Shown: one piece after another, positions 1 to 8,914 of the stretch
Layout of the letters: each line of letters begins with the position of its first letter
How positions within the stretch are numbered: the first letter of the stretch is position 1
Made by a program: the position numbers and the translations under genes
The notes under the pieces: generated by a model
Told to the model about the DNA's origin: nothing
The model's database searches: none
What the model saw: only the letters and a program-made list of their open reading frames with translations
Assembly: GCA_963696295.1 (NCBI GenBank)
Contig: CAVOJR010000001.1
Span: 1,216,001 to 1,280,000, forward strand
DNA: 64,000 nt
Source of the DNA: an uncultured Chlamydiae bacterium
GTDB lineage: Bacteria; Chlamydiota; Chlamydiia; Chlamydiales; JAJFMB01
Direction of reading: 5' to 3'

Positions 1-54
1 CAAAAAAGTAAACATATAAAAAAATATCGTAAAAGCATATCTCATTCCCATTTG

Positions 55-711
55 TTAATTCATAAGAATCTGTCGAAGCTTTTGATGAATAAATTCATTG
101 CATTCAGGATTGATGTGGACATTATGATCACTCAAATCAACGATTAAGCTGCCATCCTCATTGGCATAATCATCATATACATCAAGAAAAGCAATCCCCT
201 TTTGGCTGCAAACATCTGCTAATTTGGCATTCAACTGCTTAGCAATAGATATCCGCTCCTCTAACGGCCCATAACGAGGAACATTTGGGTTATAAACATA
301 ATCAGTTGGCGGGGTAACTGAATATACAATGCAAGACAAATTGTGGTATAGCTCGCGATTTAATAAAATGGTCTTGATATAATGGTGGACCAAAGTATCG
401 ATAATTTCATAGACGGTACGATTGAAGCGATCTCTCTGCTTTCCAATATGACACCGCACATCAATTTCTCCAAATGCAAAAACCACCGCCTGCCCTTCCT
501 TGACACCTAAGTTTTGCAAATTAAGAAATGATAACCCATCACGTCCAATGCGATGCATGGTACAAGAGCCTATTTGATGCACCCTGCAATTTGGAATCCG
601 AGCAAACTCTCCCGCATGACTGTCACCAACAACAAAGATGGGGGGTAGAGAGTCCTCCGCAGCGTTAACTGTGATAAATAAGGAGCAGAGAATGAATAAA
701 AAGATTTGCAT
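55..711 (-). CDS. SGNH/GDSL hydrolase-family protein with signal peptide (possible glycan O-acetyl esterase/transferase)
   Basis: Block I VVGDSH, FGEIDVR block, C-terminal DHNVH (DxxH); N-terminus MQIFLFILCSLFITVNA-A resembles a Sec signal. Confidence 0.7.
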   Translation of the reverse strand: MQIFLFILCSLFITVNAAEDSLPPIFVVGDSHAGEFARIPNCRVHQIGSCTMHRIGRDGLSFLNLQNLGVKEGQAVVFAFGEIDVRCHIGKQRDRFNRTVYEIIDTLVHHYIKTILLNRELYHNLSCIVYSVTPPTDYVYNPNVPRYGPLEERISIAKQLNAKLADVCSQKGIAFLDVYDDYANEDGSLIVDLSDHNVHINPECNEFIHQKLRQILMN

Positions 712-810
712 ATGACCAACCTGTATTTAAAGACAATTATTCAAATTCTTCTTTTAAAATCAAGTCTGTTGATGTATATTGATCAGAATATGAAAAAATA
801 AGGAATTTCT

Positions 811-1746
811 ATGAGAAAATCTCTGTTACTCTTAACTTTTTATTGCGCCTCTTTGTATGGAGAGGTCATTGATATCATATCGACATTTACCTTTGACCTG
901 CCTGTCAATTATTCCGCAATCAACGCTGCCGGTTTTGATATACAAGGACATGCTGACATCAAAAAATATGAAAATTTATTAGTGTCGCCTTACCCTCCGA
1001 CTCCGTACAAAGTCATTGTCTGGAATCATGTCTTAGGAGGTGGTTCCCCCATTTTCAAGTTGCCTAAAGAAAAACTGATATTTTTTCTATGGGAGCCCTG
1101 GGGTTTATCATCCGGTTATTATGCGTTATATTCCAAAATTTTTACATGGGACGATAGCTTAGTGGATAATAAAAAATATTTCAAATTTTATTACCCATTC
1201 TTAATGCCTATGATCTCAGATCTTCCCTTATTTGAAGACAAAGAATTTTGCACAATGGTTGCATCCAATATGACCAAAGAGCGTATTCAGATCATTAACT
1301 TTTTTGAAACCAAACCGGCGGGAGAATTTGTGTTCTATGGAGTTAAGCCCTATCACAGCAAAATGTACCGTGGCTCCATTCCAGGAGATCCTGCAAGCAT
1401 TGAAAAAATTTCCACCCTTAAAAAATATCGCTTTTGTATTTGCTTTGAAAATACTACATACTTGCAGGGTTATATCACAGAAAAGATTTTTGCCTGTTTT
1501 GCAGCAGGCTGTGTTCCAATCTATTGGGGAGCTACAAATGTCGAAAAATACATTCCAAAATCCTGCTACATCGATTATCGCGACTTTTCAACTCTGGAAG
1601 ACCTCTATCAGTATCTTAAAGGGATGGACAAAGAGACGCATGCGCAATATATTCAGAACATACTTGCTTTTCTTGAAAGCGAAAATGCAAAATTGTTCTC
1701 TCCAGCCTACTTTGAACAAGTGATTTATGAGGCAATTACCGAGTAG
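811..1746 (+). CDS. GT10 alpha-1,3/4-fucosyltransferase-like protein with signal peptide
   Basis: GT10 motif YRFCICFENT...GYITEKIF...AGCVPIYWG; hydrophobic N-terminus ending SLYG-E. Confidence 0.85.
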   Translation: MRKSLLLLTFYCASLYGEVIDIISTFTFDLPVNYSAINAAGFDIQGHADIKKYENLLVSPYPPTPYKVIVWNHVLGGGSPIFKLPKEKLIFFLWEPWGLSSGYYALYSKIFTWDDSLVDNKKYFKFYYPFLMPMISDLPLFEDKEFCTMVASNMTKERIQIINFFETKPAGEFVFYGVKPYHSKMYRGSIPGDPASIEKISTLKKYRFCICFENTTYLQGYITEKIFACFAAGCVPIYWGATNVEKYIPKSCYIDYRDFSTLEDLYQYLKGMDKETHAQYIQNILAFLESENAKLFSPAYFEQVIYEAITE

Positions 1747-2584
1747 ACCAAAATGATTTATTCAACTTAATAATTGGGATATCTGGATTAAAAAAAGAAG
1801 CACACAAACTAAGATTGGAATCTGTCCTTATTAATAAATCGGTTTTTGAAAGTAAAATACAATCAATAAGCGCTTCCTCACCGCATTGATAATGATTACG
1901 TTGAGGATTATGATGCACGGATAAATGGTTAGTGGAACGAGCGGCATCATGATAACATACCAGCCCTGGAAACTGAAATGATAACCAATCTACAAAAGAA
2001 ACTTCATCTGTAGCCAGAAATATTCTGTATTCTTTATCTTGTAACTTGCTGATTTGAAAATTGATAGCAGTTAAAATCTCTTCATATGCAACTCGAGGGG
2101 CTTCTATCATTTTATCGGTTCCTCGATAATGTACACCAATAATGAAATTGTCTTGAAAATTATCTCTAACAAACGATGCTACTTTATCATTGATATGAGA
2201 TTTCACATGTATATATTTATTTATTAGATTGTAATTGTAACTTCGAGAATTACAATATTCTATTTTCCAACTATCATGATAGTAAGTAGTAATAATATTG
2301 GCTGAATCATGGGTTCCTAAAAAAATAGGCTCAAAATAATATTCCCACCAGTTTTTTCCATGTAATGGATCAAAATAGGCTCCCTCACAATCAAAATCAA
2401 CTGCCATTCCCTGAATTAAATGGTTATCATAAGATTGAAGAACCGCAAGCACATCTTGAAAAATACTAAACATCCCATCGGGTCTGCTTTTCACAATGAT
2501 AAATTCAGCACAATCTGCCTTGTAAAGAGAAAAGCATAAACATATCAATAAAATTTTTCTTGAAATTTTTATAAAAAAAGACAT
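1736..2584 (-). CDS. NodZ/GT23-like alpha-1,6-fucosyltransferase with signal peptide
   Basis: GVHYRGTDK, FLATDE and DCILLSKTDLLIRTDSNLS motifs; NWWEYYFEP; hydrophobic N-terminus. Confidence 0.75.
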   Translation of the reverse strand: MSFFIKISRKILLICLCFSLYKADCAEFIIVKSRPDGMFSIFQDVLAVLQSYDNHLIQGMAVDFDCEGAYFDPLHGKNWWEYYFEPIFLGTHDSANIITTYYHDSWKIEYCNSRSYNYNLINKYIHVKSHINDKVASFVRDNFQDNFIIGVHYRGTDKMIEAPRVAYEEILTAINFQISKLQDKEYRIFLATDEVSFVDWLSFQFPGLVCYHDAARSTNHLSVHHNPQRNHYQCGEEALIDCILLSKTDLLIRTDSNLSLCASFFNPDIPIIKLNKSFWSTR

Positions 2585-2597
2585 TCGTTTACCTGAC

Positions 2598-3443
2598 TTA
2601 TTTTACTAAAATGACAGGCAGTGCTGGATTGAAATAGGTAGCACACAAGCCCATGTTAGAACTGGTCCGAACAAGGTAATCGCATTTGGTCAACAATAAG
2701 CAGTCGACAAGGGCATCTTCACCTTTTTTGTATGGATTCAATTTTTTATTCAAATGCACCGCTTGGCTATCCATAGAGCGGTATGCTCCTTGATAGAATG
2801 TTGTGCAGTTGGGAAATTGTGCTTCCATGTATGCTAGAAAAGGCTGTTCATCAGTTGCTATGAATAGCATATATCCGCCTTCCCATAATTCTAATTCTGC
2901 AATAACTGAGCGGACAACCGAGGCAATTTTATCATAACTCACTCGTGGTACTTCAGAATTTTTATCTGTGCCTCTATAATGGATGCCAATCATAAAATTG
3001 CTAAATTGCTCATCGGTAATAGCTTGAACCTTTTCCAAAATGTGATGCTTAACCTTCACATATTTACAAATTAGTTCATGACATCTTTCCTTAGATGTAT
3101 GATGCTCGATAAACCATGGGAGAACATTTGGGATTTGATAGATTTCTTCAATGCGGGCATTTTCAGGTGAACCAACATCAAGAGGTTCAAAATAATAATT
3201 CCACCAATTCGGTCCATAAGCTTCGTCGTAATAAACACCATGCTCTCCAAATTCAAACCTTAATCCGGCTATCGAATCTTGGTGTTCATCATATGTCCTA
3301 ATATTTCCCAGCATGGTTTTTAAAATATTAAACATCCCCTCCCCTTCAGATCCCAGAACAATATAATAGGGTTTTAATGGTTCTGCATTAAGCCTAAAGA
3401 AGAGCTGAATCACCAAAATAAAAATGAAAGATAAGGTGCGCAA
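2598..3443 (-). CDS. NodZ/GT23-like fucosyltransferase, tandem paralog, with signal peptide
   Basis: GIHYRGTDK, FIATDE, DCLLLTKCDYLVRTSSN; N-terminus ends RLNA-E; RBS AAGGAG upstream of TTG start. Confidence 0.75.
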   Translation of the reverse strand: MRTLSFIFILVIQLFFRLNAEPLKPYYIVLGSEGEGMFNILKTMLGNIRTYDEHQDSIAGLRFEFGEHGVYYDEAYGPNWWNYYFEPLDVGSPENARIEEIYQIPNVLPWFIEHHTSKERCHELICKYVKVKHHILEKVQAITDEQFSNFMIGIHYRGTDKNSEVPRVSYDKIASVVRSVIAELELWEGGYMLFIATDEQPFLAYMEAQFPNCTTFYQGAYRSMDSQAVHLNKKLNPYKKGEDALVDCLLLTKCDYLVRTSSNMGLCATYFNPALPVILVK

Positions 3444-3771
3444 AACAACTCCTTCTCAGTTTCTAATCTTCTTACTTATCAAAATGTCTTATTTTTCTGC
3501 AACAGCATTGTTAAATGGTTCATCTCTTTGCAATGAAAGTACTGGACAAAAAGTACTCTATTGCTATTAATTAGTGTTAAAAAAAAAGTAAAGGAGCCAC
3601 TTCATTTTGATTTCAATGACAAAATATTCCTTTTCCGGGTGGACAAAATCAGACAAGAAAGAGATTGCTCCACAATATTGGATGCAAACAGACTCCTATG
3701 CGTATCCCACTTCACATCCAAATGCCTTTTATTTAAATAACCATTGAAGATAACTTACTTGGAGATAAACC

Positions 3772-4488
3772 ATGATCAAAAAATGCTTTTTATATTTTGC
3801 GATGCTTTTGACACCGTTAACAATTTCCTCAGATGAACCCCCAGAAATCATTGATTTCAATTCGACATGGACGCATGGCTATCAATCCATGTATGACGAT
3901 CCCACATGGTACCTAGGACATTATGGTTTCAACTACGCCCCTGAATTTACTGCTTATTTTTCCATGCTCAAGAATAAGTATCACATCGATACTGTGATTG
4001 AAACAGGCACATTTATGGGCTCGACAGCAGTCTGCTTTTCTCTTTTATTCGACCATGTCTATACCATTGAAATCGTCGACTCGACTTACCGCAAAACAAA
4101 AGAATATCTGGATCAATTTTCAAATATCCAATTCTATCTAGGAAGCTCAGACAAAGTTTTAAAGGACATATTGCCCTTAGTGCAACACAAACCAGTCCTG
4201 TTTTATTTAGATGCACACTGGTTTGATCATTGGCCTTTATTAGCTGAACTCGAAGAGATTTGCAAAACACATCAAGATAACTGTGTCATTGTGATTGATG
4301 ACTTTAAAGTCCCTGGACGGCCAGAAATTCCTTATGATAGATATGGATCTCAAGAATGTTCCTATGAGTATATCAAACCTAGACTTGATGAAATTTTTTC
4401 GGGATATACGATCCATTATCTTATTCCCAAAAGGATCGATTCCCGGGCAAAATTTGTGGCAATCCCAACAAATTGGGAAAAAAAATAA
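3772..4488 (+). CDS. Class I SAM-dependent methyltransferase with signal peptide
   Basis: IETGTFMG motif I, FYLDAH, VIVIDD; hydrophobic N-terminus. Confidence 0.7.
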   Translation: MIKKCFLYFAMLLTPLTISSDEPPEIIDFNSTWTHGYQSMYDDPTWYLGHYGFNYAPEFTAYFSMLKNKYHIDTVIETGTFMGSTAVCFSLLFDHVYTIEIVDSTYRKTKEYLDQFSNIQFYLGSSDKVLKDILPLVQHKPVLFYLDAHWFDHWPLLAELEEICKTHQDNCVIVIDDFKVPGRPEIPYDRYGSQECSYEYIKPRLDEIFSGYTIHYLIPKRIDSRAKFVAIPTNWEKK

Positions 4489-4536
4489 AGCTAATTGGAA
4501 TTCTTTGACAGAGGATCAAAGAGGTGGCTCAGCTTT
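4487..4536. terminator. Imperfect hairpin between convergent genes (possible bidirectional terminator)
   Basis: TCTTTGA (4502-4508) / TCAAAGA (4516-4522) stem, flanked by AAAGCT/AGCTTT and A/T tracts. Confidence 0.45.
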
Positions 4537-4563
4537 TTCGCATTTAAAAATGAAGCCTATTCT

Positions 4564-5496
4564 TTAGTATTTTAAAATTATCCAGTCCGCGGGGACAACA
4601 TCTTTTGAATTTAACCCTGCACTATCGTTAAACCAAACAGGAGGTGTTATAATGATTTTATGGGGATTGGGATTCAGGTATGCCGCCCACCATGAAAAAC
4701 TCGAATGACAAATGATATTATGTTTGCACATGCTCATTAAGTACAGGTCATGATAGTGTTCCTCGCCTTCGACAAAGTACATATTGCGAGGAATATCAGC
4801 AAGTTCCTTTTTACATAAATTCATATCATTAGAAAAAACTATAAATAGAGTGTCTGCAGGAAATAATGACATTGCCTTTTCAAAATAGCATTTCCCATAA
4901 AAAGGATATATGCGCTGCGCTGGATCAAAGTCAAGGTAAGATCTCATATGGACTGATACTGTGTTGGGACAATTCAACAAGTCACCATATTTTTTTTGAA
5001 GGTACTCAGTAATTTCGGGATGTGGCTTAAAAAGTTCTATTATTTCCTTTTTGTGATGTTGAAAGTATTTTTCAGACTGAAAATAACCAGCTATGCACAT
5101 ATTTGGACTATAAGGTATCGGCGCATAGTGGTAATGAGGTTCTTTGTAACGAACGGATATATGCTTATTCTGCGGCATAAAAGGGTTTAAATGATAAAAT
5201 ACTTTCTGATAATTTAAAGGTATATTATCCACAGTTTTATTAACTAGATCTGGAAAAATAGGATCAGAGTCGTGATCAAGAGCTAAACTTACGGTTGCCG
5301 CAATGACGAACATTTGATTTCCTAGTTGTCCAGTTAACTCCCCTACCACGAAAGAATTCAGTGCAAAGGCGGTGTTAAAAACGCTAAAGCAGTAAATCAA
5401 AATTATTGTAATTTTACCAATATAGTAATTTTGAAAAATAACCCGCGAAAAATGGAATAAAAATAGGTAATTCATATCACTGTCAAATTTCATCAT
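4564..5496 (-). CDS. GT11 alpha-1,2-fucosyltransferase-like protein with N-terminal signal/anchor
   Basis: GQLGNQMF, GYFQSEKYF, VSVHMR, SSFSWWAAYL motifs; hydrophobic stretch ending TAFA-L; true start may lie downstream of the ORF start. Confidence 0.85.
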   Translation of the reverse strand: MMKFDSDMNYLFLFHFSRVIFQNYYIGKITIILIYCFSVFNTAFALNSFVVGELTGQLGNQMFVIAATVSLALDHDSDPIFPDLVNKTVDNIPLNYQKVFYHLNPFMPQNKHISVRYKEPHYHYAPIPYSPNMCIAGYFQSEKYFQHHKKEIIELFKPHPEITEYLQKKYGDLLNCPNTVSVHMRSYLDFDPAQRIYPFYGKCYFEKAMSLFPADTLFIVFSNDMNLCKKELADIPRNMYFVEGEEHYHDLYLMSMCKHNIICHSSFSWWAAYLNPNPHKIIITPPVWFNDSAGLNSKDVVPADWIILKY

Positions 5497-5777
5497 AACA
5501 TCTTAAATTTTTAAAAAATTGCCAGTACCTGTCGAGAATAGCATCGCAGACTCTTCAAATGTTTGTCAGATATTGCTCATTAAAAGTTGTTCCAATAACC
5601 AATAAAATATATTCATAAAAATAACGCAACTGATTTTGATCTTGCTCGCCCTCAAAAATAAAATCTAAAATTTAGGTTTTCTTAAATTTCTTGGTTTGAT
5701 AGAGTCTGTTTTGTTAACTCTTCCAAAAAATAAATAGGCAATATTGTTGCTTCTAAAAAATAGCCTAGGAGAAAGTT

Positions 5778-6644
5778 ATGCGAGAAAAAAAATTTCAATC
5801 CCTTTTTTTCTACCTTTTCCTATTATTTTTTTGTTCGTTACCAGGCTTTCTAAAAGGTTATGACAATCAATTAGCTGTGTGCACAATCTTTAAAGATAAT
5901 GCCGAGTATTTTAAAGAATGGATTGAATTTCACATGTTGGTTGGTGTAGAGCACTTTTATCTTTATGACAATTCCAGCACAGATAATTCACTTGAAATAC
6001 TCGACCCTTATATTCAACAAGGTATTGTCACAGTAATCGATTGGCCGAATAAAGGGGGTTACTGGGTGCACTCAACTCAAGAGGCAGCTTATAATCATTG
6101 TGGAAGGTTAGCATCAGGAAAGACAAAATGGGTGGCGGCCATTGATACCGATGAGTTTCTATTTTGCGAAGACATTGAAAATATTCCCGATTTTTTACAA
6201 CAGCATGATGATGAAGCTGCCATTTTCGTTTGGTGGAGAGTTTATGGAACATCCGGCGTACTTGATATTCCTCCGGGTTACTTGATGATTGAGCTTCTCT
6301 ATAAAAGATTTCCTGATAATCACGATCGAAATAAACAAGGAAAATTAATTTTTAAACCTGAAGAATTATTAGAATTTGATTGGGCGGGCCATCGATGCAA
6401 GTTAAAGAATAATGCGATTACTTATGTATCAAAAGTGACAGATATTCGAATTAATCATTATGTTAATCGAACGATTAACTTCTTTCTTAAGCAAAAGAAG
6501 CAACAAAAGGAAGCAATGGATAACCGCAATTATAGTGATGAACAATGGCTAAGTCATTTAAATGATGGCAACGACATAGAGGATCGAATAATGGATCGAT
6601 TCATTCCAGTTTTGCGAAAGAGAATGGGTTTTTCCAACGACTAA
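5778..6644 (+). CDS. GT92/GT2-like (GT-A fold) glycosyltransferase with signal peptide
   Basis: EWIEFHMLVGVEHFYLYDNSSTD, WVAAIDTDEFL (DxD), RINHY. Confidence 0.75.
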   Translation: MREKKFQSLFFYLFLLFFCSLPGFLKGYDNQLAVCTIFKDNAEYFKEWIEFHMLVGVEHFYLYDNSSTDNSLEILDPYIQQGIVTVIDWPNKGGYWVHSTQEAAYNHCGRLASGKTKWVAAIDTDEFLFCEDIENIPDFLQQHDDEAAIFVWWRVYGTSGVLDIPPGYLMIELLYKRFPDNHDRNKQGKLIFKPEELLEFDWAGHRCKLKNNAITYVSKVTDIRINHYVNRTINFFLKQKKQQKEAMDNRNYSDEQWLSHLNDGNDIEDRIMDRFIPVLRKRMGFSND

Positions 6645-6759
6645 ACAACAAAATTTTTATTCTTAATAAAAATAAGATTATTACACTATATCCTCATTTT
6701 ATGATAAACTTATGAGTATAAATATTTAGACCACAAAAAAAACTTCGTTTGGAGACATT

Positions 6760-7593
6760 ATGCACAATCGTTTTTGGCTTTTTATATTAGTTGGATTACT
6801 TATAATGAATAATGCAACATGCTCACATCAAAGCATAACAGGGAATCACTCAAGTTACATTGAAGCATGTCGTAAAGCTGTAAATGATCCTCTCTATTTT
6901 CAAAATTTTCGTTCTACCCATGAATATGCGTCAAATGTAGAGTGTTATGGGTTTGGAAACGAGTTTGCTCAATATCTTCTTACAAATGCTTCTCCACAAA
7001 CCTTAGAAAAGTTGGAGCAATTTAGAAGGCTTGATCAGTATGGCAATCCTTTAACAAAGGACATTGAGGGGGTAGGGAGATTTTCAGAAACAACTTTGAG
7101 GTATATTATAGTCGCAGATCAAATAAAAGAGTTGTTTAACTTGCCCAGTAATCCCAAAATAGTAGAGATAGGGGCCGGATTTGGGGGACAATGCTATATT
7201 TTATCACAAATCCAAATTTTTTCAGATTATTTTATTTACGATCTTCCAGATGTTGAGAATTTAATAGAAAAAATGTTAAAAACTCTTTCAATTGAAAGAG
7301 TGTCTCTTATACCTCAATATGTACCACTTCCTGAGAGTAATGTTGATTTGTTAATTAGCAACTATGCATTTTCTGAATGTGACAGACAAACTCAACTAGA
7401 CTACTTTGAAAGAGTTTTGAAGAAAGCTGATAGAGGTTATATGCTTTTTAATCAGCTTCACGTTTTTGACTCATTATCACTAGCCGAGTTTGTAAAATTA
7501 TTAGAAGATAATAATATGAAACCTCAACTATATGAAGAACCAGTTTTAACTTATAAGGATAATGTATTGGTCACCTGGGATAAAACTAATTGA
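6760..7593 (+). CDS. Putative sugar O-methyltransferase with signal peptide
   Basis: VEIGAGFGG motif I, YDLP, DLLISNYAFSEC; hydrophobic N-terminus. Confidence 0.7.
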   Translation: MHNRFWLFILVGLLIMNNATCSHQSITGNHSSYIEACRKAVNDPLYFQNFRSTHEYASNVECYGFGNEFAQYLLTNASPQTLEKLEQFRRLDQYGNPLTKDIEGVGRFSETTLRYIIVADQIKELFNLPSNPKIVEIGAGFGGQCYILSQIQIFSDYFIYDLPDVENLIEKMLKTLSIERVSLIPQYVPLPESNVDLLISNYAFSECDRQTQLDYFERVLKKADRGYMLFNQLHVFDSLSLAEFVKLLEDNNMKPQLYEEPVLTYKDNVLVTWDKTN

Positions 7594-7709
7594 TGAGAAG
7601 AATCTCACTGGAGTTACAATCTAGCAATCGTTATGGCAGCAAAAACTCTGTTCATACATTTGGGCCCCATTTCCAATTATGATTTTAACTGTTTATAAGG
7701 AGCAATTTT

Positions 7710-8477
7710 ATGAAACTGGTGGTTTTTAGTTTTCTATTTTTCACGACAACTCTATTTTCAATCCCTCCTCGGGATATACCTCCTGAGCATAGAGACGCTT
7801 TTACGATGAATGGTCAAATTCCTGTTGATTATTGGTATATTGATGGGACTTATTCCAGCGATCAACCTGTTGTTTTTTCAAAGGATATGGTGGATAACCT
7901 TGTTAAAAAGGCTAAAGCAAAGAAAGTATGGTACTACGGTCATACTGATACATGGCTTTATAAAGCTATCGAAACCTATGTCGGTGATTTTCAAGGAAAA
8001 ACCGTAGGTATTATAGGAAGCGTAACAGCCTGGTATGAAGCAATTATATTAGCCTATAATGGCAAGCCAGTGACAATAGAGTATAACAAGATCATCACTG
8101 ACCATCCTGGGATTCAAGTAATGACCGTTGAAGAATACAAGAAAAACCCAATTACTTTTGATTACCTCCTTTCTGTCTCATCAATTGAGCATGATGGTCT
8201 TGGACGTTATGGTGACCCAATTAATCCATTTGGTGATATTGAAACCATGCAAGAATTAACAGGTTGGTTAAAAGAAGAGGGACTGTTTTTTCTCTCTATG
8301 CCTGTAGGAAAGGATTTACTTGTTTGGAACGCACATCGCATTTATGGACTGATTCGTTTACCAATGCTTCTTCAGTCTTGGGAGGTAGTAGGGAGTGTTG
8401 GTCATTCAGAGAAACATTTTTTAGTGAGCGATGCCTCGCATCAACCTGTCTTTGTTCTGAAACTTCCTAAAAAATAG
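7710..8477 (+). CDS. DUF268-family (methyltransferase-like) protein with signal peptide
   Basis: SSIEHDGLGRYGDPINP and PVGKD...NAHRIYG motifs typical of DUF268; N-terminus MKLVVFSFLFFTTTLFS. Confidence 0.75.
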   Translation: MKLVVFSFLFFTTTLFSIPPRDIPPEHRDAFTMNGQIPVDYWYIDGTYSSDQPVVFSKDMVDNLVKKAKAKKVWYYGHTDTWLYKAIETYVGDFQGKTVGIIGSVTAWYEAIILAYNGKPVTIEYNKIITDHPGIQVMTVEEYKKNPITFDYLLSVSSIEHDGLGRYGDPINPFGDIETMQELTGWLKEEGLFFLSMPVGKDLLVWNAHRIYGLIRLPMLLQSWEVVGSVGHSEKHFLVSDASHQPVFVLKLPKK

Positions 8478-8487
8478 GTTTTATTGT

Positions 8488-8518
8488 ATGCCTTGGATAT
8501 TTAACAATTTCAAGGCAT
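8488..8518 (+). terminator. Hairpin after the DUF268 gene
   Basis: ATGCCTTG (8488-8495) / CAAGGCAT (8511-8518) inverted repeat; no strong U tract. Confidence 0.4.
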
Positions 8519-8587
8519 TGCTCTGACATTTCAGAACGTTTCAAATCATTGATTATAAAAAACTAATATTTAAAACCACCATTACCC

Positions 8588-8623
8588 TTGACAAATATTG
8601 GTGTAATGGTGTAACATTACAAC
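8588..8623 (+). promoter_or_regulatory. sigma66/70-type trp promoter overlapped by a TrpR operator
   Basis: TTGACA (8588-8593), 18 bp, TAACAT (8612-8617); palindrome TGTAATG-N6-CATTACA (8602-8621) directly upstream of trpR. Confidence 0.8.
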
Positions 8624-8635
8624 ATGAGGTAAAAC

Positions 8636-8914
8636 ATGAAAGACCGTACCTGGGTGGATTTCCTGGAAATGTGTTCCAAAATCCAAGACGCTAAGAAGCT
8701 GGATCGATTTTTTGATCTGTTTTTGACCATAGAGGAGCGGGAAACCGTGGCCTCCCGGAGCGTCATTATTAAGGCGCTGCTTGAGGGAAAACTGACGCAG
8801 CGGGAGATGGCTGAAAAATATAAGGTCAGCATCGCTCAAATTACAAGGGGATCGAATGCCCTGAAAATCATCGATCCGGAATTTAAACTGTTCCTGGAAC
8901 AACTATTTAAGTGA
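8636..8914 (+). CDS. trpR: Trp operon repressor
   Basis: LFLTIEERE...[30 protein letters not shown] is the TrpR HTH signature. Confidence 0.95.
   Translation: MKDRTWVDFLEMCSKIQDAKKLDRFFDLFLTIEERETVASRSVIIKALLEGKLTQREMAEKYKVSIAQITRGSNALKIIDPEFKLFLEQLFK

Noticed and set aside
55..8477. Integron cassette array as explanation of the glyco island
   Set aside because: Genes alternate in orientation, spacers share no recognisable attC-like repeat, and no integrase is in the window
8520..8635. trpL leader peptide or attenuator
   Set aside because: No Trp-codon mini-ORF or terminator between the promoter and trpR; the leader is only about a dozen nucleotides
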